Assembly: GCA_963706325.1 (NCBI GenBank)
Contig: CAVPLT010000001.1
Span: forward strand, 864,001-928,000
Source: an uncultured Nitrospiraceae bacterium
GTDB lineage: Bacteria > Nitrospirota > Nitrospiria > Nitrospirales > Nitrospiraceae
Direction: 5' to 3'
Length of the DNA: 64,000 nucleotides
Below the pieces are notes generated by a model. The model was not told the DNA's origin, searched no databases, and saw only the letters and a program-made list of their open reading frames with translations. Both the position numbers and the translations under genes were made by a program. The first letter of the stretch is position 1. Every line of letters starts with the position of its first letter. This document shows positions 38,629 through 48,444 of this stretch, in pieces.

Positions 38629-41358
38629 TCAGACTATCGCGGGAAACCGCAACCGGAATGTGGTGCCTTGGCGCCCGGTGGTATCCACCGTGATAGTCCC
38701 GTTATGTTTCGTGACAATTTTATGGACGATGCTGAGGCCGAGCCCGGTCCCTTTCCCGGGCTCCTTCGTCGTGAAAAACGGATCGAAAATCTCCGGCAGG
38801 ATAGACGCCGGAATGCCTGGGCCGGTATCGGTAATGGTCACGTCGACCCAATCTGCTTCTTGCGCGATGGCCAGTGTTAAGCGCCCGGTTCCTTCCATCG
38901 CCTGGGCCGCGTTGCTGATCAAATTCACGAACACCTGATCGATTTCCCCTTTTCTCGCACGGATAAAGGCGAGCGTATTGAATTGAGTGACGACGTCCAC
39001 ATAGCCGAAGTGAGGTCCTCGCCGGACCATTTTGACCGCTTCCAGCAGACGCTCCGCCACATCGACTTCCGTTTCGCCATCACGACCCGTTGAACGGGCA
39101 TAGCTCGCAAAATCTCGGACGACGGTGGACACATGGCGCGCATAGTTCACGATATCGGCCGCGAATTCCCTGACCTTGCCGGGGTCCTCTTCTTCCTGAA
39201 TGAGCTCGGCCATGCTGAGAATGGCCTGGGCCGGGTTGTTGATCTCATGCGCCATACCCGACACCATCGTGCCGAGGCTCGAAAGTTTTTCGGCCTGAAT
39301 GAGTTGATCCTGAAGCCGCTTTTCTTCCGTGATATCCCAGAGCACGATGCCGAGCTGATACTGTGATCCCTCACGAGCGGCCACAGGAAAGAATCGATAG
39401 CGATAGACCCGCTTGGCAACTTCGCATTCGCGCTCCGACAAACCTCGCGCCACTTCTGACGATAGGGTGCTCCATTCCTGTGCCAGGCGTTGAGTAGCCA
39501 CATCCGTCAAAGCCAGAAATTGAGACAGGTCATGGCCGAGCAGAGAGCTTCCATCCGGGGCAAAATAGCGATGGGCCAGATCGTTCGCATATTCCACGCG
39601 CAAGTCGCGTCCGCAGAGGAGAACGGCGCCCGGCAAACTGGCCAACAGACTGTGTGTCATGTCATGGCTGGCGAGCAACGCCTGCGCGGCATGCGCTCGT
39701 TCCATGAACTGTCCAATCTTCATGCCCGTATCGGCCATGATCTGGATGAGCGTGTGATCGGTGGGGCGAGAGGTGCCGGAGAACAATTCCAACACGCCAT
39801 GAATCAAGCCGCCGGTGCGGATGGGAATGACACAGGCTCCATGTATTCCCAGTCGCGAGGCAGTCGGGGCACGGGTGAACTGAGGGTGTATCAACGCATC
39901 CGGAATCCAGAGCGGGAGTTTTGTGCTCCAGGCGATTCCAGGAAAGTCGATTCCCTGAGGAAAGACGCTTTTTCGACAGAGCGTGACGAAATCATCCCAC
40001 TGGTAAGCGGGGTGGATCCAGGCTCCATGACAAGTCAGCGTCTCACTTGTCATGGAGTGGTGCCAGAAGAGCCCCATGTCCCAGCGTCCCATCTCGCTGA
40101 CCACCCGAAGGAGTTCCGGCATCGCCTCGTCGATCGTGCCAACCTGAGCGAGAATATGGCTGATGGAAAGCTGCGCCCGCTGCAGGCTCTCCTGCCGCTT
40201 GTTGTCGGTGATGTCTTGAAACACAACTACCACTCCGACCATTCGATCTTGTTCGCGAATTGGACTCGTAGTGTAGTGAACCGGCAATGGAGTGCCGGCC
40301 TTCGTGCGGAAGGAATCATTTTGGATGCGGTGAATCGTGCCGTCGCGGAGCGCTGAGTCCAGAGAAAAGGGATCGGATGTCTGTGAAGCGCCGGAGGCGT
40401 CGAGGCGGTAGAGTAGGGGCGCCATCGCCTTGCCGATCAATTCTGCAGAACTCCAGCCTAGCATGCGCGCTCCAGTAGCATTGACGAACGTTGCGTGTCC
40501 CTGAAGGTCGAGGCCAAAAATACCTTCTCCGGCGCTGTCAAGGATCAAGGCGTTCTGCTGGCTGAGCCGGACGACGGATTCCTCGGCCTCCTTGCGCCGG
40601 GTAATGTCCCGAATGATCCCGCTGAAGAATAGGCCTTCCTTTGCATGCCAGGATGCCAGGGACAGTTCGATCGGAAACTCTTTTCCTGTGCTCGTGAGGC
40701 CCACCAGTTCAGTCGCGGTGCCGATCAACTTGGGTGTCCCACCGTGAGCCAAGCGCGTGATGCCGGCAGTGTGAGCCGATCGGAACCGCTCCGGCATCAA
40801 CATGGTGAGAGGATATCCCAAAGCTTCCCGCTTGCTGTGACCGAACATCCGTTCAGCGGCCCCATTCCACCAAATGATGTGGCCGTTCTGATCAGCGAGA
40901 CAGATGGCGTCGGCTGCAGATTCGACTAACGCTCGAAACCGTTCCTCACTGGCATGCAGAGCCTGCTCCACGTGTTCGGCTCGGACGGCCAGTCCCTTTA
41001 CCGATACGGCGCGGCGAAGAACGGCTTTGAGCTCTTGGGAATTGTAGGGTTTTGTGAGGTACGCGAACGCGCCTTTGGTCAGGGAGCCGATCGTATTTTC
41101 AGGCGTGGCGTTCCCAGTCAGAATGATGATCGGGAGGGAAGGGTCCAATTCCATCATCACCTTGAGGACCGAAAGTCCGTTCAGATCCGGCAGTTGAATA
41201 TCGAGCAGCGCTGCTCCGTATTGTTCCTGCTTTGCATAGCGCAGTGCCTCATTGCCGGTAGCGGCGCCCTGGACCGCATATCCTTCATGCGACAACATGT
41301 CGCCGAGCGATTCACGGATATCGGGATCGTCGTCAACAATGAGGATCGGTGTCTGCAC
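38629..41358 (-). CDS. Cytoplasmic hybrid histidine kinase REC-PAS-PAS-GAF-PAS-HisKA-HATPase
   Basis: ILIVDDD REC domain, PAS repeats, AHEINNP H-box, DPFFTTK..GTGLGL; GTG 41358 is preferred because the ORF-track extension covers the promoter. Confidence 0.9.
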   Translation of the reverse strand: MQTPILIVDDDPDIRESLGDMLSHEGYAVQGAATGNEALRYAKQEQYGAALLDIQLPDLNGLSVLKVMMELDPSLPIIILTGNATPENTIGSLTKGAFAYLTKPYNSQELKAVLRRAVSVKGLAVRAEHVEQALHASEERFRALVESAADAICLADQNGHIIWWNGAAERMFGHSKREALGYPLTMLMPERFRSAHTAGITRLAHGGTPKLIGTATELVGLTSTGKEFPIELSLASWHAKEGLFFSGIIRDITRRKEAEESVVRLSQQNALILDSAGEGIFGLDLQGHATFVNATGARMLGWSSAELIGKAMAPLLYRLDASGASQTSDPFSLDSALRDGTIHRIQNDSFRTKAGTPLPVHYTTSPIREQDRMVGVVVVFQDITDNKRQESLQRAQLSISHILAQVGTIDEAMPELLRVVSEMGRWDMGLFWHHSMTSETLTCHGAWIHPAYQWDDFVTLCRKSVFPQGIDFPGIAWSTKLPLWIPDALIHPQFTRAPTASRLGIHGACVIPIRTGGLIHGVLELFSGTSRPTDHTLIQIMADTGMKIGQFMERAHAAQALLASHDMTHSLLASLPGAVLLCGRDLRVEYANDLAHRYFAPDGSSLLGHDLSQFLALTDVATQRLAQEWSTLSSEVARGLSERECEVAKRVYRYRFFPVAAREGSQYQLGIVLWDITEEKRLQDQLIQAEKLSSLGTMVSGMAHEINNPAQAILSMAELIQEEEDPGKVREFAADIVNYARHVSTVVRDFASYARSTGRDGETEVDVAERLLEAVKMVRRGPHFGYVDVVTQFNTLAFIRARKGEIDQVFVNLISNAAQAMEGTGRLTLAIAQEADWVDVTITDTGPGIPASILPEIFDPFFTTKEPGKGTGLGLSIVHKIVTKHNGTITVDTTGRQGTTFRLRFPAIV

Positions 41359-41404
41359 AGGGTTACCAGTGTGTTTCGGGTCGAAGGCTGTGGCAATGAG
41401 TGGG

Positions 41405-41420
41405 CGCAATACCCATGCCG
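41405..41420 (-). promoter_or_regulatory. sigma54 (-24/-12) promoter
   Basis: Minus strand CGGCATGGGTATTGCG, GG-N10-GC. Confidence 0.65.
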
Positions 41421-41544
41421 CAGTTTCGTACCTGAAGCGCTTGGAATGCAGAGAACAACCCATTGATTCTGTGTAGGGTGTGTGTACGTTGGCGCCCTTC
41501 AAGTGCCAGCGATTGGAGGTACTTTTGTCCAAATGAATGCGTGC

Positions 41545-41562
41545 AATATCGGATCAGATACA
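41545..41562. promoter_or_regulatory. Putative enhancer (UAS) palindrome TGTATC-N6-GATACA
   Basis: AATATC-GGATCA-GATACA; its reverse complement shares the first 15 nt with the site at 51953. Confidence 0.6.
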
Positions 41563-41599
41563 GTCGGGAGCGGGCATGGGCTAGACTGCGGAAAGGAGT

Positions 41600-43900
41600 T
41601 TACAACTTCAGGGACGGCGCGGTTTCGATCGGTAGGGTGAAACAGAACTGAGTACCGACACCCAACTGGCTCTCGACCCAGATCTGCCCCCCATGGAGAC
41701 CGACGAGACTCTTGGTAATGAAGAGGCCGAGCTGGGCCCCTTGTGATGTCGGCATCGCCGATTCCACCTTAGAGAATTCGTTAAACACCTTGGTTATCTC
41801 GTGGGGCGCAATCCCGCACCCGGTATCGGATACTGCAATAAGCACGAACCCGTCGTCCCGGAGCTCACATTTCACGGAGACGTGTCCGGCCTTGGGAGTA
41901 AATTTTATGGCATTGCCGACAAGATTCCAAAGTATCTGTTCGAGTTTATCGCGATCGGCGCGAACCGTGAGGGCCTGGTCACAGGGGACGACCTCCAACT
42001 CCATAGACTTCTCGGCGGCGAGGGTTTGAAAACTTTCTACGACATCCGTCACGAATTCGGCGACGCGTAGCGGTTCGGGTTTGATGTCGATGCGCCCGAC
42101 ATCCAGCCTCGACCAGTCCAATAGCTGATTGATGATTCGGGTGAGACGATCCACATTGTGTTTGATTCTCTGCAGATAATGCCCTTGCCGGTCAGACAGT
42201 TCACCGGTCAGCCCGTCCAACATGTTCTCAACGAATCCCTTAATAGACGTCATCGGCGTGCGCAATTCATGGGAGGCGACCGACACGAACTTCGAACGCC
42301 GTCGATCGTGCTCCTGAAGACGCTCGTTCACCGTCTGTAGTTCATGGGTTCGGTCCTGCACGCGCCGTTCGAGATGTTCCGTCAAGGCGGCCAGTTCAGA
42401 ATAGGCCCGTGCATTGTCCACTGCCACAGCTACGTGGCTGGCAATCGTCGCCAGGAGCTCCAGGTCTTCCTGCGTACAAGGCAGGGTCCTGCGATCGGCG
42501 CCTAAGTATCCGAGTATCCTTTGCTGACTACGGAGCGGTACCCCGACGAAGGAGAAAATTCCCATGTGGCGAAGCAGCGGCAGCACCGTGGGCGAGATGC
42601 GGTCGGCGACCGTGTCCAAGTTCGCCACCAGCAGCGGTTTGCCGTGGGTCAACAGGTCGGCCGCAAGGCCTCCGTCATCGCGGACTGGAATCGTCAATTG
42701 TCGGACCGTCGCTTCGTCCTCGGGCAGCATGCCAAAGACCTGTCCCACCGTCGCAAGTCCGCGCTCGTTATCCCACAGAAACAGGATCATTCTCGCGAAT
42801 CCCAAATTTTTGCTGAGTAACTCCAAGACCGTAGCTAGGAGCCTGTCCAGGTCGAGTGTGGAAGTGAGTGCGGCGCTGGATTGATTCAATGTCGTCAATT
42901 GGGTGACATGTCTTCTGATCGTATCCACGTTGGTGGAGATGGCCTGATCGCGTTCCTGGAGTGATTTGGTCATGAGATTGAAGAGCGTGGTCAATTGGCC
43001 CACCTCGTCCTGCGTCGTCGGCACGACAAAGGTGGAGAGATCGCCCTCCCCGACTTTCCGTGCACCGGCGGCGAGATTGCGCAAGGGAGTAATGATACGG
43101 CGAGCCAGAAAGTTGGTGAGCACGATGCCGGTCGTGATGATGCCCAACGTGAGGAAAAGAAAATTACGAAGGATCTTCGACAATTCGCGCTGCATCGGCA
43201 TCTCGGTCAGGCCGATTTGGACCACGCCGAAGGCTTGCGGGGCCGGCTGAGAGACTCCGCCTTTCCGGGTCTCTTCGTCTTGAAGCGCCAAGGCGTCAAG
43301 ACGAGATTCTGTACGTTTCAGGACAGGAATCGCGAAATCATAAAAGGTTTCCTCTCGAATGCCGGCTGTCGAGAAGGAAAGCGCCGAGTCCTGCTCGGTG
43401 ATCGGAATGGTACCGGAGCCACTGAGTCGGAGGCGCGTGATGATTGGTTCCGTGGGCGGGCGCTTGACCACTAATTCCGCAATGTCAGGACGAGGGTAGA
43501 ACGGCTGCTCGGTCGAGCGAACAGTAACGAGCGGGTTGATGAGTTTGCCCTTGCTTTTTGCGGCGAGGACTTGGCCATCACCGCCGGTGATCATCGCATA
43601 GACCACCTCATCGACTCCCATGACTCCATCAATGAATTGCTCCAGAATGACGCGTTCTTCAATGATGATTCCATACCGCACGTTGTGGGCGAGGTTCTTC
43701 ACCAGCACGGCCCCCAAATCCCTCACACGCTCAGTCATGGCGAGCCGCTTGGTGTAAATGAAGTACCAGCTCATTCCTGAGCAGGTCAAAATAATGATCA
43801 GGCTAAAAAACACCACGAATTTCGTCCGGAGACTGATGAATCGTCCCAATCCGCTCGGGAGAAATGGCGGTTTGATGAGGTGAATGGCGGGGCTCTTCAC
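41600..43900 (-). CDS. Membrane sensor histidine kinase (periplasmic domain-HAMP-GAF-HisKA-HATPase)
   Basis: Two TM helices, DEVGQL HAMP, GAF, SHELRTP H-box, NLVGNAIKF, DTGCGI. Confidence 0.92.
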   Translation of the reverse strand: MKSPAIHLIKPPFLPSGLGRFISLRTKFVVFFSLIIILTCSGMSWYFIYTKRLAMTERVRDLGAVLVKNLAHNVRYGIIIEERVILEQFIDGVMGVDEVVYAMITGGDGQVLAAKSKGKLINPLVTVRSTEQPFYPRPDIAELVVKRPPTEPIITRLRLSGSGTIPITEQDSALSFSTAGIREETFYDFAIPVLKRTESRLDALALQDEETRKGGVSQPAPQAFGVVQIGLTEMPMQRELSKILRNFLFLTLGIITTGIVLTNFLARRIITPLRNLAAGARKVGEGDLSTFVVPTTQDEVGQLTTLFNLMTKSLQERDQAISTNVDTIRRHVTQLTTLNQSSAALTSTLDLDRLLATVLELLSKNLGFARMILFLWDNERGLATVGQVFGMLPEDEATVRQLTIPVRDDGGLAADLLTHGKPLLVANLDTVADRISPTVLPLLRHMGIFSFVGVPLRSQQRILGYLGADRRTLPCTQEDLELLATIASHVAVAVDNARAYSELAALTEHLERRVQDRTHELQTVNERLQEHDRRRSKFVSVASHELRTPMTSIKGFVENMLDGLTGELSDRQGHYLQRIKHNVDRLTRIINQLLDWSRLDVGRIDIKPEPLRVAEFVTDVVESFQTLAAEKSMELEVVPCDQALTVRADRDKLEQILWNLVGNAIKFTPKAGHVSVKCELRDDGFVLIAVSDTGCGIAPHEITKVFNEFSKVESAMPTSQGAQLGLFITKSLVGLHGGQIWVESQLGVGTQFCFTLPIETAPSLKL

Positions 43901-43913
43901 GGAGGTCCTTTCA

Positions 43914-44834
43914 TCAATAAAGCTCGTCGGCCTTACTCTCGAGGTCCTTGGGAATCTCGATTTCAAGGAACTTGGCGGTCTTGAGGTTGAGGCTCATTTC
44001 TATGCGGTTTGGGTGCAAGGGCCGCATGGGCAGCGCGACCTGGCCGTCGATAATCTTGCGGGCGAGAGTGCCGGCTTGGCGTCCGATATCGCCGTAGTTG
44101 ACGGAGAGGCACAGAAAGGCGCCGCTTCTCGCAAATTCACGGGAGAATCCGATGACCGGTACACGTTCTTCCAGGGCCGTGTTCAAGATAAATCGTAGGG
44201 ACTCATCGGTCACGACCGTGGAGTCGGGGACGAGCCACAAAGCCTTCACTGAAGGCAGCAATGCGCGTAACGCGCTGGGGACATCCCGCTCGCTCGTGAC
44301 TTGAGTCGGAACGAGGTCGATACCGTTCGATTTGAGCACGCGCTTGGCCTCCTCGATAAGGAGGGCCGTCTTGGACGGATCATACAGCGTGCCGATATGT
44401 TTCACATTGGGGAGCACTGCCCGGATCGTCGCCAGTTGCCGTTCAATCGGTACCTCCAGGAGAATGCCGGTCATGTTCGGAGTGTTGAGCCCATACTTCG
44501 CCGGGTCCAGTACCATCGAATAGACCACTGGGATGTCGACGATCTCCAGTTGTGCGGCCTTCGCGGCCTTTAACCCGATTGCGAACACGAGGGCAGGATC
44601 GACTGCCCGGATCTTGCGTGCTAATTTCCGGCCCTTCTCCAAATCACCCTGCAAATCATACTCGGAAAGCACGATGCCGCCAGGCAGGGCGGCTTTGAAT
44701 CCGCTGAGCGCCTGGTTATAGGCGGCGATGTCGGATGATTTGAGAATGACAATGTCCGTTGCCGACACCACGGCAGGGCAGAAGAACAACCAGAGGACGA
44801 GCCAGTGGCGTAGTCGCCCAGTCGCACGGGCCAT
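43914..44834 (-). CDS. ABC-type substrate-binding protein (ABC_sub_bind-like), no cognate permease nearby; start may be 44918
   Basis: Signal peptide; IGTLYDP, LWLVPDSTV, LNLKTAKFLEI. Confidence 0.85.
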   Translation of the reverse strand: MARATGRLRHWLVLWLFFCPAVVSATDIVILKSSDIAAYNQALSGFKAALPGGIVLSEYDLQGDLEKGRKLARKIRAVDPALVFAIGLKAAKAAQLEIVDIPVVYSMVLDPAKYGLNTPNMTGILLEVPIERQLATIRAVLPNVKHIGTLYDPSKTALLIEEAKRVLKSNGIDLVPTQVTSERDVPSALRALLPSVKALWLVPDSTVVTDESLRFILNTALEERVPVIGFSREFARSGAFLCLSVNYGDIGRQAGTLARKIIDGQVALPMRPLHPNRIEMSLNLKTAKFLEIEIPKDLESKADELY

Positions 44835-44923
44835 GGTCGCGTGATGGTGTGACCGCACGGGTGTCACGAGTGACGTCCTTGATGAATCCGCCTGTTTCAT
44901 GTGTAGGCGCTGAGTCATACCGG

Positions 44924-47900
44924 CTATCTCGGCCCTTTCGCCTCCTGCACGATGCCAAAGACGCGCATGGCCTGGCCCTTCTGGTCTCGATGGATTCGTC
45001 CGGTCCATGCCAACCAGTACATGGTCCCATTCGGCCTGACAACGCGATGTCGAATGTTGATGGAGGTCTGATCGGACAGACTGTGAGTGATACTTGCCAT
45101 GACCGTGGCTTGATCTTCGAGATACATGGCGTGGATCCATGCGGCGTAGTTCCCCAGGAAGGAACCGGCCGTCAGGCCGAACAGGGCCTCGACCTGTTCG
45201 GACCAATAGACCGCACCGGTGCGCACGTCCCAATCCCAAATGCCGACCTCGCACGCGGTAAGTGCCATCCGCAATCGCTCCTCGCTGACACGTAGTTGCG
45301 TCTCCGATCGTTTTCGCTCCGTGATGTCGGTAGAGATCCCACACATGGCCGAGACGTTTCCGGCCTGGTCGAAGATCGGGACTTTTATGGATAGGTAGGC
45401 ATGGGGGCCGTCGGCGTGCGGTGCGTACTCTTCGATTTCAAACGGTTTGCCGTGTGTGAGGACCCATTGGTCATTGGTTCGAAATGCATCGGCAAAGTCC
45501 TTCGAAAAAATATCGTGATCGGTCTTGCCGATAACCTGGTCGGAGCTGAGATGGAAGATCTGCTCGAATTGCTTGTTGACCATGAGGTATCGCCCGTCGC
45601 GTTGCTTCGCATAGATGGCCGTGGTGGAATTGTTGATGACGGACCGGAGCAGTTCCTCGCTGCGGTGAAGCGCGTTCTCAGCGCGTTTGCGCTCGGTGAT
45701 GCATTGCAGAGAGCCAGCCATGCGTAGGGCTTGGCCCTTTTCGTCGCGCTGCACCACTTCGGCACGAGCATGCACCCATCGATAGTCGCCCTGCTTGTCC
45801 AGCAGACGGTACTCGATGTCGTATGGAGGTCTGCCCGGTTCGAGGCAGGCGGAGAGACGCTGGACCACTCTTCTCCGATCGTCAGGATGCAGTCGAGATA
45901 TCCAGCTCTCTAGAATGTCGGGAAACTCCTGCTGGTTGTACCCCAACATGTCACGCACACGTGGTGACCACCAGACAGGTGTAGACGGTGAGTTCCATGG
46001 TCGTCCCGGCAGCACATGACTGTCCCAGAACCCGTCGGTCGACCCGCGGATGACCGATTCCAGTCGCTCCTCGCTGGCATGTAGGGATTCCTGGACTCGT
46101 TTGTAGTCGGTGATGTCGCGGGAGATGGCCAGCAGGCGGCGGACATGGCCCTTTGCATCGAGCATGGGCGTCACTTGCACGTCCCACCATTTCGCCTCTC
46201 CCGTGGTGGTCGGGCAAAATCCCACGAATTTCCCCATTTCACCGGCCCTTGCCGCTTCCAGGGCAGCGAGCGCGGCATTGCGATCATCGCCTTCCCAAAA
46301 ATCTCCCCAGGGCTTATTGATGTATGTGCTGATGTCCGTGATGCCGAGTAGTGTTTGCCCAGTGTCGTTCATGTACTGTAGCCGTCCATCCAAATCCAGC
46401 ACCTTCATGCAGTCGGCGCTGCTGCGCAGGATTTGATTGGTGAGCTCCTCGCTGTTGCGCAGCGCGAGTTCGGCTTCCTTCATGGCCGTAATGTCCTCGC
46501 ACACCATGAGGAGGACCGGGCCCTGGTGCTCATTCGGGACGCCCTGCGCGGTGATACGCGCCCAGATCACGCGGCCGTCCTTGTGGACTTTGCGCACCTC
46601 CCATCGCCCGGGTTGGCTCATGTCCGAGAGACAAGCCGCGAGATGTCGGCGTACGGCGTCGCCATCGTCCGGATGGAATACATCCATGACCTGCCTCCCG
46701 AGCAGTTCTTCTACTCGGTAGCCAAGCCGCTCAGCCCCGCAGCGGTTCACCGACAGCACCGCGCCTTCTGCGTCCACCATGAAGTACATGGAGGGATTGT
46801 CGTCGAACAGCACCCGGTATCGTTGTTCGCTCTCGATCAGCGCGGCCTCGACGCGCTTGCGATCGGTCACATCCTCGGCCAAGCCTACGATACGGTAGAC
46901 CGTTCCCGAGGCATCGCGAATCGGATACGCTCGGTCCCAGATCCATCGAATCGATCCGTCGGGACGTACAATCCGATACTCTTCGCGATACGTGCCCTGT
47001 CCCTGCCGGGCGACGGCGGTTGTGATGCGCTGCCGGTCCTCCGGATGAATCGCCTCCATCCAAGAATGAGGCGAGGCGTAGACGCTCTCGCAGGAGCGCC
47101 CCCAGGCGTCCTCGTATCCTGGGCTAATGTAGATCATTCGATCTTTGGTGTGATTGGTAATCCAGAACACTTCACTGATGTGTTCCGCCAGCTGACGAAA
47201 CCGCTCCTGGCTTTCCTCGACGGCTTGTTCTGCCTCCTTTCGTTCGGTGATATCGCGGAATACCACGACGGCTCCCGCAACGACACCCTTCTCGATAATC
47301 GGGGTGCAGACATACTCCACGGGCATGCTTGTGCCATCTTTCCGCCAAAAGACGTCGCTTGTAATACGATGGATCAAGCCGTCTCGCAGGGACGTATAGA
47401 TCGGGCACTCCTCGGCCGGATAGGGGCTTCCGTCAGGCCGAGAGTGATGGAGGAGTGCGTGCATCGGTCGTTCGACCAGTTCGGAAGGCTCGTAGCCGAG
47501 CGACCAAGCCGCCGTCGGATTGACGAAAGTCGTCAGGCCGGCGCCATCCAGGCCATAGATTCCCTCGCCTGCTTGCGTAAGAATCACTTCGTGCAAATGG
47601 CGGAGGCGGTCGAGAATTTCTTCAGCTAGGCGGCGTTGAGTGATGTCACGAATGATGCCGCTGTAGAAGACGGCGTCGGCCGTTTTCCATGTGGCCAGCG
47701 ACAGTTCCAGCGGAAATTCGCTCCCGTCCTTTCGTAATCCTTCCAGCTCAACCAAGCGACCGATTAGCCGGGATTGGCCTGCTTCACCGAGGCGGGTCAG
47801 GCCGCGGCCATGGGCCGCGCGGTAGCGCAGGGGCATCAACATGGTGAGGGGATGCCCGACCACTTCTTCATCGGCATATCCGAAAAGCTTCGACGCAGCT

Positions 47901-48412
47901 CGATTCCAGGAGAGAATGTTGCCGTGGTGATCGGCCAGCACAATGGAGTCGGTCGCCGCTTCGACCAGCGACTGAAATCGCGCTTCGCTCTCGCTCAGCG
48001 CATGTTCAGCATGCTCGGCTTTAGCGGCCAAAGCCTGAACGCCCACCGCCCGTTGCAGGATTGCACGCAATTCATCTCGATTGTAGGGTTTCGTAAGATA
48101 AGCGAACGCGCCTTGTGTCAGCGATCCGACTGTACGATCGGTGCTCGTGTAGGCGGTGAGGATGATCACCGGCAGCTGTGGTTGAAGTTCGTGCAAGGTC
48201 CTGAGCACCGAAGATCCGTCTCCATCCGGTAGTCCCAAATCCAGGAGCACGGCGTTATAGTGGTGCTCATGTGCCTGTGAAATTGCCTCGGCGCAGGTGC
48301 CTGCCACGCTGACCTCATAACCGTCGTGATCGAGAAAATCCTGCAGGGCAAGGACGATATCCGGATCGTCATCCACAACGAGAATGGAGTGAGCCAATGT
48401 TGTCGGTGACAT
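44924..48412 (-). CDS. REC + 8 PAS/PAC domain protein without catalytic output domain
   Basis: ILVVDDD REC domain, then eight PAS/PAC units, most starting SExR and ending D(I/V)T; stop right after the last PAS; GGAGG RBS before ATG 48412. Confidence 0.85.
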   Translation of the reverse strand: MSPTTLAHSILVVDDDPDIVLALQDFLDHDGYEVSVAGTCAEAISQAHEHHYNAVLLDLGLPDGDGSSVLRTLHELQPQLPVIILTAYTSTDRTVGSLTQGAFAYLTKPYNRDELRAILQRAVGVQALAAKAEHAEHALSESEARFQSLVEAATDSIVLADHHGNILSWNRAASKLFGYADEEVVGHPLTMLMPLRYRAAHGRGLTRLGEAGQSRLIGRLVELEGLRKDGSEFPLELSLATWKTADAVFYSGIIRDITQRRLAEEILDRLRHLHEVILTQAGEGIYGLDGAGLTTFVNPTAAWSLGYEPSELVERPMHALLHHSRPDGSPYPAEECPIYTSLRDGLIHRITSDVFWRKDGTSMPVEYVCTPIIEKGVVAGAVVVFRDITERKEAEQAVEESQERFRQLAEHISEVFWITNHTKDRMIYISPGYEDAWGRSCESVYASPHSWMEAIHPEDRQRITTAVARQGQGTYREEYRIVRPDGSIRWIWDRAYPIRDASGTVYRIVGLAEDVTDRKRVEAALIESEQRYRVLFDDNPSMYFMVDAEGAVLSVNRCGAERLGYRVEELLGRQVMDVFHPDDGDAVRRHLAACLSDMSQPGRWEVRKVHKDGRVIWARITAQGVPNEHQGPVLLMVCEDITAMKEAELALRNSEELTNQILRSSADCMKVLDLDGRLQYMNDTGQTLLGITDISTYINKPWGDFWEGDDRNAALAALEAARAGEMGKFVGFCPTTTGEAKWWDVQVTPMLDAKGHVRRLLAISRDITDYKRVQESLHASEERLESVIRGSTDGFWDSHVLPGRPWNSPSTPVWWSPRVRDMLGYNQQEFPDILESWISRLHPDDRRRVVQRLSACLEPGRPPYDIEYRLLDKQGDYRWVHARAEVVQRDEKGQALRMAGSLQCITERKRAENALHRSEELLRSVINNSTTAIYAKQRDGRYLMVNKQFEQIFHLSSDQVIGKTDHDIFSKDFADAFRTNDQWVLTHGKPFEIEEYAPHADGPHAYLSIKVPIFDQAGNVSAMCGISTDITERKRSETQLRVSEERLRMALTACEVGIWDWDVRTGAVYWSEQVEALFGLTAGSFLGNYAAWIHAMYLEDQATVMASITHSLSDQTSINIRHRVVRPNGTMYWLAWTGRIHRDQKGQAMRVFGIVQEAKGPR

Positions 48413-48444
48413 GCCATCCTCCCGAGTCCCGGAGGGCTCGTACG

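Noticed and set aside
44919..45344. Long N-terminal extension of the SBP ORF (43914..45344)
   Set aside because: Overlaps PAS8 of the upstream gene in another frame, has non-protein-like composition, and the signal peptide starts later
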